This document shows positions 12,901 to 23,325 of a stretch of 64,000 nucleotides of DNA, one piece after another (within the stretch, counting starts at the first letter, position 1; the number at the start of each line of letters is the position of its first letter). A program made the translations under genes and the position numbers. The stretch spans positions 279,677 to 343,676 of the forward strand of contig NW_004797353.1 in NCBI RefSeq assembly GCF_000002075.1, in the 5' to 3' direction. Source of the stretch: Aplysia californica. Taxonomy: Eukaryota. The notes under the pieces are model-generated. The model was not told where the DNA came from. It saw nothing but the letters and a program-made list of their open reading frames with translations, and made no database searches.

Positions 12901-15900
12901 ACAGCTCAGTGGATCCCAGAGCGTTGGTGGTTTGACAGGAAAATCCTGCCTGGTCCAATGCCCACATTGACCACTAACATGAGGCGTCTGACATCACCAA
13001 GCTTCCTCCTCTTTGCACGCCCTTGAGGTCATTCAGCGTGGCTGAGTCCAAACAAAGTCCAACTGCTGAGACTGAGGTCCTGTTGAGCCGGTCGAGTACC
13101 CATATCATGTGCCCAAACCGCAGAGTACAGCCAGCTCGTCTGGTGTTGAATCTGATAGACACGAAAATGACCAAGTACATTAAAGCAGGTATTGGTAGGT
13201 GGTATTGCTTTATTCTAGTCTAAGGGTCTAAGTGTCTCAGTGCTAATTAAAGGGAGGAAAGGGGGAGGGATGAGCATACAGACATGACCCTTTTGCCGCA
13301 GGTTGATCGGGTGTATTTGAAATGAAACTTTAATGTGTTGGCAAAGAATTAATTTGATAATTGACAGTTGTCCACAGCACAGCTCGCTGCAAAGTTCTAT
13401 GCTGTATAAAATTAAACACATAGAAACGAGAGTGTGTGTTAGAGAGACAAGAGACAGAGAGAAAGAGAGAGAGACAGAGAGAGAGAGAAAAAAAGAGAGA
13501 GGAGAGATTGTTTTAGTAGAGGTTTTACAGCGCTCATAACTAAATAAGGTTATACATACGAGCTTCAAGAGGTGGATGTCAACAGAAAAGTCCTTACAGG
13601 GAATCAGGCTTACTCTGCTCACCCCTCTAGCTTCAACAGCACAAAGTCTGCTTCGACTATCAAGGCACCCCGGAAATACTGAGCAACAAGAGTGTGACAA
13701 ACATAAAAAAGGAGTACAGGAAAATGACGATAGTAATAGTAAGGAAAAGGAAAGAAAAAGCAGCAGTTCCCTGTCGCAGTTCAGGCACAATTATGAGCAT
13801 AACATTGATGAATAAGCCTATTTACAATTCTACTGCGCATAAGAACATAGTTAATATCCCCCTTTGGGAATGACATAAAGACACTTCAAGTCAGTAGCAC
13901 CGCCCCAGGGATGAGAGAGGAGAGAGATAGAGAGAGGGAGGGAGAGATAGAGANNNNNNNNNNNNNNNNNNNNNNNNNNNNNNNNNNNNNNNNNNNNNNN
14001 NNNNNNNNNNNNNNNNNNNNNNNNNNNNNNNNNNNNNNNNNNNNNNNNNNNNNNNNNNNNNNNNNNNNNNNNNNNNNNNNNNNNNNNNNNNNNNNNNNNN
14101 NNNNNNNNNNNNNNNNNNNNNNNNNNNNNNNNNNNNNNNNNNNNNNNNNNNNNNNNNNNNNNNNNNNNNNNNNNNNNNNNNNNNNNNNNNNNNNNNNNNN
14201 NNNNNNNNNNNNNNNNNNNNNNNNNNNNNNNNNNNNNNNNNNNNNNNNNNNNNNNNNNNNNNNNNNNNNNNNNNNNNNNNNNNNNNNNNNNNNNNNNNNN
14301 NNNNNNNNNNNNNNNNNNNNNNNNNNNNNNNNNNNNNNNNNNNNNNNNNNNNNNNNNNNNNNNNNNNNNNNNNNNNNNNNNNNNNNNNNNNNNNNNNNNN
14401 NNNNNNNNNNNNNNNNNNNNNNNNNNNNNNNNNNNNNNNNNNNNNNNNNNNNNNNNNNGGGGGGGAAGTGTGCTTTGTTGTTCACCATTTATACATTGGA
14501 ACTTCAAAGCTAAATGTAAAAATGTACACTAGTAAGCTCCAAAATGGATTTTAAGCCATGGCGTTGATGTGGAATTTTATCCACCATATGCTCGGATAAA
14601 GTTTTTAAATCTATGAATCAAAAAGATTCAAATTTTATTTTTAAAAACTTGATTAAAGCATAAGAAATACATAATTTGTCTGCTCCACTAAAAAAGGACC
14701 TGAAATGTATAAATAAAATGTGTGCAAAAATAAAATAATTATTTCTAAAAATTTACCGACTCCACAGAAGGAAAACAAAATGCCTAACTCACAAAAAAAC
14801 ACCATTTCCAGCGCAGATGTATGAAAATAAAAGGCCTAACTCATCGACAGCATAGTGTCTAATGTGCTTGGATGCAAACTGCCTAACTCATTTTAATTTT
14901 TAAAATATATAAGGACAATGATCACGAAAGGAATTGATAAATTTATATATATATACACACACTGAAATGATGCTTTTCAATGTTGAAGGTGAACATATTT
15001 CAGAAAAATTGTGGCTAGAAGAGATATTAAGATGTTTTTTCTGTCTCCTGTACAATCACCCAAAATGAGTTTGGCCCTTCAATTATGAGCATGACGATAT
15101 AATCCTAATCCGTTGTTGCATTAATTGAGAGTCCGTCCTTTTCCCTTACACAAGCGAGCTCTGACTCTGAGCCAGAGCTCAGTGAGTATAAGTGAGAACG
15201 ATAAATGTTCGATTGGTCAAGGATCACTGCTCGTTCGGCGTTGTCCCCTGGTCTCTGCAGCCGGGCCAATTCGGCACAGGCGACAAATTGTAGTTGGTCA
15301 CTGTTGCGTCAGTACAAACATACTGGGCCTTTTTAGCAATCAAACACACCACCACCACCCCCCTCTCCCAGAATATATATGTATAAAAGTATCACTCAGT
15401 GTCTTTCCGTCTCTATTCACATATTATGACGGTGCATATTGACAAGAGCAAAAAAGCTGATGAGTAAGAGTATGAGCAGGCGGGAGAGACAGGAAAACGG
15501 ACGGGAATAGACGGGAAAGGAGGAAGAAGGGGGGGGGGTAAAAAAAGAAAAGTTTAGTTTTAGTTAGAGTTTTACAGCACTTGCAACACAATAGGTCATG
15601 AAAGTGCCAAAGATTAGAGGCGTTACATAAGAGTAACATTCAAACACAAAATAGGACTGGAGATAAGGACGACAGATGTTTGATAGGAAAGAAGAAGCAA
15701 ATCACACCAGAGCACCCACCAAACACCCACGTTAAAAGAAGGATTCAGGGAGAAATTTATCAGCACTGCATATTAGTGTCCGCCAGATGTTCACTGACTG
15801 AGGTCGTATTAATTTGCTGTCCAGTCATCTGACATCCCAACGATGGTTACAGTGCCACAATTTGTTCAGCACGTTTTCACTTGTTGACATCATTGTAAAA

Positions 15901-16054
15901 TTATCAGACAAATAATGGCACCACGTTATAGGGGTAAAATTCTTTTCCAAGGGGACGTTATATGGCGACATTTAGTCTTGTCTTGAAATTTCTTTATTAC
16001 TTGATGTTACGACCGAGTATAATAATGTCTCGCAGAGTCAAACTGCTCTTTGTT

Positions 16055-16094
<40 letters not shown>

Positions 16095-18702
16095 NNNNNN
16101 NNNNNNNNNNNNNNNNNNNNNNNNNNNNNNNNNNNNNNNNNNNNNNNNNNNNNNNNNNNNNNNNNNNNNNNNNNNNNNNNNNNNNNNNNNNNNNNNNNNN
16201 NNNNNNNNNNNNNNNNNNNNNNNNNNNNNNNNNNNNNNNNNNNNNNNNNNNNNNNNNNNNNNNNNNNNNNNNNNNNNNNNNNNNNNNNNNNNNNNNNNNN
16301 NNNNNNNNNNNNNNNNNNNNNNNNNNNNNNNNNNNNNNNNNNNNNNNNNNNNNNNNNNNNNNNNNNNNNNNNNNNNNNNNNNNNNNNNNNNNNNNNNNNN
16401 NNNNNNNNNNNNNNNNNNNNNNNNNNNNNNNNNNNNNNNNNNNNNNNNNNNNNNNNNNNNNNNNNNNNNNNNNNNNNNNNNNNNNNNNNNNNNNNNNNNN
16501 NNNNNNNNNNNTAGCAGCAGCGTGAAATGCAGATTCATGCGCCGGTGGGGCACAAAAAGCAAACATACTCTTTCACTTGATATAGGCACCAAACACTTTT
16601 TTAAAATCTGACAAAAATTAACAAATTTGTGTAGTTTTTATTCCTTACCTTTAGAGTGTTGTCTCATGTCTGCGAAATCAACGAAATAAAGGCGTTCAGT
16701 TGTGAATCAAGGCTGTCGCACTCTTGTGTAAGAAAACACAGTCGAAATTCGCACAGATAGGACTAGGAAACCAATCGGCACTACCAAGATGTTTCAATTG
16801 CCCTATCTCATGTCCACGCCAGACTTGGGCACGACCTTGTGTTAGAGAGTGACCGTCTGTGATATGAGTGTAAACAAACATTCCAGCGTTCTTGAGTTGA
16901 ACACGTGCCATTTTGTCTGTGGGCAGTGAGTGAGTGAGAAAGAGAGAGAGAGAATTGGGTGGGGGGGAGAAAGAGAGAGAGGAGAGAGAGAGAGAGAAAG
17001 AAGGGAAGAAAAGAAAGAGAGGAGAGGAGCGAAAGAGTGAGAGAGAGAGGGGGGGGGAAGAGAAAGAGAGAGACAGAGAGAGAGAGAGTAAGATTTTTGA
17101 AAAATCCGGCGTAAAAAAAATTTTTTAATAAAAAATCAGGGTACACGCAATCAAAATCGGGAAAATCGGGATGCTTGAGATTTACGGCACGGATGAGTGG
17201 CAGGTTTAGAAAATAAACTGATTCATTATTCTTCAGAGCCTAGCAAATGACCACGAAAAACGTTTTTTTGACAGAAAGTGTTTGCAAATAGGTACACTTT
17301 GTAGCTCTATCACCACAGAGCATGGAACTTTTTGAATTTTTGAAATCCATCAATTTTTATATAAACAAAAAAATTACGATTTTTAATTAAAATCAAGTTA
17401 TCCAGGCCCCCGTTTAGTTTTCAAGTATCCTTCCCCCCCTTTCCGGTTCACATATAAGCGGGACCTAGTTTGTAGCGCCCGAGGCAACCGATGGCTGATG
17501 ATGTCACTCAGTGGAAATTTCCCAGCCGCCGGTCGTTCACCCAGTACGCGCAAACGGCAATGTCGATTTTTCCCTTAGTTACTCCCACATTTTTAAAGAT
17601 TACCCAAAAACCGCTTAACACAGAAGCATGAAATTTTAAGGGAATAAAGAAAAATGGTGTACAATGTATCAGTCAGTTTGACAACTCACAGCTCACAAAA
17701 TCTTCAAAGCGCACCATATCAACCAGTTTCGCAAACGTTTTCGACTACTTCTTGGATGGGTACAAAGTTGTCAAACTGCATACTACGAGATTGACCTCTT
17801 TTCTGATTGGCTGCCAAGTTTCATTCATATCCATTCACGAGAAGCGGCGTGAGAGCGAGTTGAAGACAACAACCTTTGCGTTAGTGCCAAAAATCGGCAG
17901 AACAAAACGCGCTTAGTGGGCATTGCTACAGAGCCATCCCAGGGTTCACATTCCAGTCTTTCCACACTTTCGATGACGGAAAATCCATGTTTACTACTAG
18001 TGTGTTAAAGAAGGATGGGGGTAATCTAACGGCAGGGGTAAACTCAAGGCACGACACCTGCAAATGTGAGCAACCAGAATGTGGGCGGAGCTTCTGTGCT
18101 GAAGCAAGCCTGTGTTGCCGGACACTGCGCATAGCTGATAAGTAGGTCGACTTGTCGACTTCTTCTGACACAGAAGGTGACTGTCGTGCATGTGTGTGGG
18201 TGTGTCGTCAAATCAGTGACTCGGCTTTGGGATAGAAAATGGGGGAAATGATGCTTGCCAGATGCACACCATCTACGTTTTTTAAAGCGTATATGCAAAC
18301 CCCTCAAATGAAATATAGAGAGTAAAGCTCACGCACAACCAAAACTTAAAGGGGGTAATCTGCAGGTTTAAAGCGTAATATACGCATATTTGTGCGTAAA
18401 GGGGAGCCCTGACTGTGACGTCTTGAGTCTTGACTGCACCAATCACCAGTCTCAGTGTGACGAAATGACCGTGAGACGAAATGACTGGTAGGCCCTCCTA
18501 TTCCTAGCCCAGACACCAGATGCTCTGCTGACAGACAATGACAATATTAGTTGAGGTGGTTAGACAAGAGGGAACTTACCGCCAGCTCGTTGTTGAATTT
18601 TGCTTGTCTTAGCGTTTCAGCACGCAGATGAGAAACTTTATTTTCTAAAAGAACTTTACAGAACAATTCAATGACTCCTCTAACATGGTTGGACTTTGAC
18701 AT
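947..18702 (-). CDS. TEDC1: Tubulin epsilon and delta complex protein 1 (C14orf80) homolog, 9 exons, about 467 aa
   Basis: Exons (minus): 18580-18702, 8716-8812, 7538-7749, 7048-7209, 6300-6398, 5604-5690, 3023-3220, 2228-2488, 947-1111. All introns are GT-AG and phase-consistent, ending in TGA at 947-949. Recognisable TEDC1 motifs: LRQAKFN...EPLWELL, VKSQLQKWGY...SQLPVDMSYGSRQLLLAVGW, VHMYTKG...DHLTTLE..LLRHP, EHIFWQWLDSVLD. Confidence 0.9.
3275..4708 (+). mobile_element. Non-autonomous hAT element with a 6-bp TSD (hAT6-like), in TEDC1 intron 6
   Basis: Perfect 12-bp TIRs CATGGGTCTCAA (3275-3286) and TTGAGACCCATG (4697-4708). TTTAAG flanks both sides (3269-3274, 4709-4714). Segment 4200-4670 aligns in inverted orientation with 43545-43990, just downstream of a hAT transposase. 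Confidence 0.85.
5769..5936 (-). mobile_element. Short retroposon family A, about 180 bp
   Basis: Homologous to 61211-61395. TSD ATATCAGCTTT on both sides. Confidence 0.85.
8100..8365 (-). mobile_element. Two decayed partial copies of retroposon family A
   Basis: 8100-8220 and 8285-8365 both contain variants of GATAGGAAAGAAGGAG.AAACCACACCAGAGCACC.GCCAACCAC. Confidence 0.65.
9422..9599 (-). mobile_element. Short retroposon family A, full length
   Basis: Complete from GTGGGTGGTTGGCGGG to the (CTAAAA)n tail. 12-bp TSD TGTCACAGCTTT at 9410-9421 and 9600-9611. Confidence 0.9.
10300..12170 (-). pseudogene. Decayed MULE (Mutator-like) transposase in TEDC1 intron 1
   Basis: Frameshifted pieces: KLEGKCTCHLTV...VTVVYCLDHTGH..DLCHLKLS...IAAKLAAGV (WRKY/GCM1-like region) and IDSTHSTT...LISVVVADMSGEGVPIAFAICNKED (first catalytic D motif of MULE). 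There is a C2H2-like remnant near 12050-12160. Element ends were not found. Confidence 0.7.
12190..12350. repeat. Degenerate minisatellite, about 21-bp unit (TCTTGTCCGT[CT]CCTGTTGT...)
   Basis: About 5 imperfect units. They translate as TGTDK[T] repeats on the minus strand. Confidence 0.6.
12360..13190 (-). mobile_element. Highly decayed, GC-richer segment, possibly a non-LTR retroelement (RT/RNase H) remnant
   Basis: Composition shifts here. Minus-strand ...SSKVGNERQ... resembles the RNase H GNExAD motif. No intact frame. Confidence 0.25.
13510..13911 (-). mobile_element. Short retroposon family B, about 395 bp, within a (GA)n tract
   Basis: Aligns end to end with 32954-33350 and 35618-36000. 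Confidence 0.85.
14460..15096. mobile_element. DNA transposon end with subterminal repeats, possibly Sola-type
   Basis: GCCTAACTCA occurs three times (about 14782, 14834, 14881), with an inverted variant TGAGTTTGGC at about 15066. Ends ...GAGCATGACG followed by ATAT. The other end is lost in or beyond the gap. Confidence 0.35.
15552..15730 (-). mobile_element. Short retroposon family A
   Basis: Full-length homolog of 9422-9599. Confidence 0.85.
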
Positions 18703-19163
18703 TGCAGTGCATCACCAGCCCGCTTGAATCTTCTACTTCACCCGTACACTCGACAGCTTCTCTTAAACTTCCTTCCAAACAATAATTCCATTCCAAACAT
18801 GTGTGGTGGAAAGTTAGTGGTTGGATGACGGCGGATGGATTCATGAGGATTCCAGGATTCCTGGATTAGTAAGAAACATTCAAACAGAGTGATGTCCCTT
18901 TACATTTTTAAAAACAAAAATTCTGAAATCAAAAAGCCAAGTCCCAATTTCAATTTAGATGGGGGTTTTTAGTAGCAATTTCTATCAATGAAAATCTGTT
19001 ACAGTAAGTATTGATTATAATTATGAATTAATGCTCATTTTACTATATGCAGTTGCAAAAGAAACTCAAAATTTGTTGAAGTTGAAGGTATTGTTTTGTT
19101 AATACAAAATCTTCCCAATTTTTTTCTGGTGTAGGCTTGGTGTCAACTTCCGTTTCAAACAAA
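18703..19163. promoter_or_regulatory. Bidirectional promoter shared by TEDC1 and ZNF830
   Basis: Divergent ATGs are 461 bp apart. ETS-like ACTTCC lies near both starts (about 18766 and 19146). AAAATGGC (YY1/Kozak-like) overlaps the ZNF830 ATG. Confidence 0.7.
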
Positions 19164-22100
19164 ATGGCATCCTCCAAGAAGAAAGTTGTCACTAAAGATG
19201 AGCTACGACGTTTTATGAAAGAGAAACAGACTCTTTCAAAAACTTCTGCGAAACGAGTTGATCACCCACTTGCAAAGTAGAGTATAACATGTCTCTTTTA
19301 CAGTAGTACTCGGTGCTTGAGTCAGTTACCAAGTCTTTACAGAATCACACTACAGTACAACAGAATAAATTAGTATATGGGTCATTCCACCAGTATTGTT
19401 TACTTTTACTGCTCACTATTTTCCACCTCAATAACACCCACCAAAAGTCACCATCTGCAGACATTCAAGTANNNNNNNNNNNNNNNNNNNNNNNNNNNNN
19501 NNNNNNNNNNNNNNNNNNNNNNNNNNNNNNNNNNNNNNNNNNNNNNNNNNNNNNNNNNNNNNNNNNNNNNNCCAAAAAAGCGAAAAAACCCACAACATAA
19601 TAGAAAATTCGTTTTAAAATGCAAATCGTTCACTAAGGTATCCTCCACGAGCTTATAAATGAACGTAGGGTAGTGTAATCTCTGTGAACATATGAGCTTA
19701 CTTTGGGCCTTTAACCAGGCGAAGTGCTACGACAAAACCAAAAGTTATTTACTTATGAAGGATAGGCGGGGAGAGCGTGAGAAAAGCGGATTTCCCAGAT
19801 TCGATCCGAAGGACAATTTATGTTGTCAGCTGCTGTTTCACTTTCTCGGGACACCGATCTATAGGCCCTATATTCAAACTCAAACATTTATAAAATCCCA
19901 TAGCCTAAATATATAAAATCCATCCGCTATATATTATATACCAGTTAATTTACATTAACCTTTTTCATTAAAAAATTCCTTCGAGACCTATATAATTGCT
20001 ACAGTAAAATGCTACCAGTATATGAGATTCAGGAGAGCAGGATGGGCCTTTACTTCCTGAGCAAGGATCGATCGGAGACACGGAACCGATATGATCCGAT
20101 AGAAATCTAAAATATTATGTTAATTGATGGCGGTTAAGATAAAATATCCCCCCCCCCCCACCATTTTATAGACTTAGAAATACCACAATATGAAATGACT
20201 CACATTAAGGCAACGTTTGGCGACAACAATCCAAACAGCTGAAACTCAGTTGGAAAGTCTATATTGCCCAAATGAAAAGCTATCAAAGTATACAACATTT
20301 CCCACGACATGCACCAGCACGATAATATATTATTTTGTAGTGAGTAGTGCATCAGCCACGAAATGTCACCCGCCATGCGTCTATCAAATTACATGTATTT
20401 TCAAAAAAGGCCAAAAATCAATTTCTTAAATTTTCATAGACTGATTAGACCTAGAGTGCTGAAAACAAAACCATTAAATTTTGTGTGAACTGAATTTGTT
20501 TTGATTTTAATAGACCAAGCTGTATTTTTCTAGTCTAATTATCTGGCTATCAACATGAAATCATTAATTACATAGATCTAGATCGATTAGGCTAGATGAA
20601 CTGATGATCAAAAAGTTATAAAAACTAGAATTGGTTTGTAGATTGTTGGTTCTTTGTCATCGAAGGCCATAGTTTCTCGGATATCAAAGCCGTCGCAATT
20701 TTTTTTATCTTATGATCTGCACTATATAATTATGTAAATACTCTCTGTCTGCTCAAAAGCCAAAATTGCAACTGAACCGTGACCTCAGTGACCCCAGAGA
20801 CAGCATTGATAAAAATAGATTTTGTCTATTCCATTTCTCCCCACCTCCCCCCTCCCTCTTTCATGACCACCAGTCGTGGGCGCCCCCGTGTGCCCAAGGG
20901 CAATAACTTCATTATTACTGTGATCCCAGGAGGTGGCAACTGGAGGCTTGATTCGATACATACTAATATCGAATACTTGAGTAAATCAGCGATAGCATTA
21001 TTGATCGATGCTTGGCAGCTAAAAAATTCTTGGCTAGGCCAGGCCTATTTCTTACACGACTTGGCTTGCTTAGCTAACTGGGGAAACGTTATGGTTTTGA
21101 CTTAATTCGCTACTGGCAGACAGGCAGACTGACAGACACTTTAGAGCAGCTAGGTCTTTATATAAGTATTATCTTCATTCTTACTTTTTCGTTTTAAACA
21201 ATTTGCAAAGAGAATGTAAACAGGAGTAATAAACTTTTATTGATATCATTTAATAAGCTTTCTGGGTCTCTATTTGTCTTTTGTAGCATAGCCTGGGTAA
21301 TTATGGGTGTCAATATACCACAGGCATATTGTGTAATGAGAAAAATCCCCCAAAACAATAATTGCCAATCCAGTGTCTAGTTAACTTGATCATGGATGTT
21401 TTAAAGTCGAGGTGTCGAATACACACGTTGGTCGCATCCGAGTACTAAATCTTTAAAACGGGTTTCAAGGTATCGAGTATTAGTATCGAATAATGTCTAC
21501 CTCTAGTGGCAACAAACTCGCTATCATCATTGTTCTCTCTTTCTCACGCCCAGTAAACGCGCTGTGAAAGGTAATTTGTTTGGATGAAGATTGAAAGATA
21601 AGACTGAAACTATATGTATGAGACTTTTAAAGTTCGTTTTGTTCTTGGTTGGGACTGACTTTTTAGAGAAAACTGTTGCCCGGAAGACAATGGGACGTGA
21701 TTCAGACTGGATCCAGAGATCAGATCAAGAATCTAACTCACTCGACCGCCATTTTGTCCGTGGATAATGAGCAGACATAGCAGCAGTTGGCTTTGTCATT
21801 GAATGTTGGATCTTTGATTGTTAATTTTTCAAGTTTGAGATGTTCCTTTCCTTCCCCTCACCCCCACAGGACTGTAGTTAATGTTGTGCTCTTAAAAGAA
21901 TCAAAGTCCATCACATCTCCCAGTGACAGTGCCTTACTTCTTGGACTACTGTACTGTGGTGGAGGCTTTGTTGGTTGGTTGGATTTGATTTTGATGAATA
22001 ATTTCTTGCCAAATTTAACTAAATTGAAAGTTTGCCAAAGCAAAGATTCACGTCCAGTAAACTAAGACAATCAAGGAATTCTATTTCACCTCTATTTACC

Positions 22101-23277
22101 ATAGCTGCCACTTTCCCGCTAAATAGCGGAAACTCCGTTTCATCTAGAAATCTAGATCTCTAGCTTTTCCCGCAACTTTCCTCCTTCCTCCGCTGGACCG
22201 CTCTTGGTCGCAATTTTCATACCTTTTTTCCCCCGCGGAAAACACTGAACCAGGAGAGAGACGAAAGCGCGGCTTGCGCATGTCCACCCGTAGCTTTCTA
22301 CTTCCGTTTTTCTAGGCCCAGCCGGCCCCAGCGCTAGTTTCACATTGATTATAATTGTTGTGGAGCAACACAGTAGTGTCGATCGGGCATCGGGACGTTA
22401 GCGCGCCGAGTTGTCATTGAAATTGGCGGAAATTCGAGAGAAATTGATTCAGAACCGAAAAATAAAAGGAGCTGAAATGAGAAAGAAGCAGCCGGTGTGC
22501 GACTTGAAAAGTTCATTAGAAAATTGAACTAGATCTAGATCTAGATTATCTAGATCTAGATCTAGATCTAGATCTAGCCGTTTTTTGCGAAAGAAATCGC
22601 GGCACTCCTGAACAATTGCCCTGTACAATTGCAGTCCCGTTTGTTTACATGACGGCTATTGTGGCTGCTGTGGAAGTGAATCTAGATATCTAGATCTAGA
22701 TCTATCTAGGTCTAGAAAATGTATCTCTAGATGATCTAGAATCTAGATCTACACATTAGATTAGATATAAATGGAACTATTCTCACCCGGGGTGAGAACA
22801 AAAATACGATCTAGATCTACCTCTCACCCCGGGTGAGACTTGCCAGCGTAGGCTATTCTCACCCGGTGTGAAACAAGACCTGTTTTTCCTCATTTTGGAG
22901 TACTGTTTATCTGTGTGGATGATCAAATTGATAAAAAAGCCAAGAAAAAATTACATTATAGCACAAAAGTAAGCAAATTTGATCGTCTTCAAAGATGCTA
23001 TGGCTATTTCACTTTTCGAATCGAGCCAAAATACGCGGGTCGCCATTTTGTTTTGCCCGGAAGTTCTCGCAAGATCTACTCCTCCTCTCTGTCTCTTTCT
23101 GAATACTGTCTATCTGTGTGGACGATGAAATTGACCAAAACAAAGTTAAAAAATGATGTTAAAGAACAAAACTAAATTAATTTGGTTGTCTACAAAGATG
23201 CTACGGCTATTTAACTTTCCGAATCGAGCCGAACTACGCGGGTCGCCATTTTGTTTTGCCCGGAAGTACTCGCGCTA

Positions 23278-23325
<48 letters not shown>

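Noticed and set aside
16690-18411. Several hAT-like or other DNA transposon ends upstream in TEDC1 intron 1
   Set aside because: Probably TE-derived, but no matching TIR pair or TSD could be established.
21600-22070. Coding-looking stretch on the minus strand
   Set aside because: Every frame stops within about 60 codons and no domain is recognisable.
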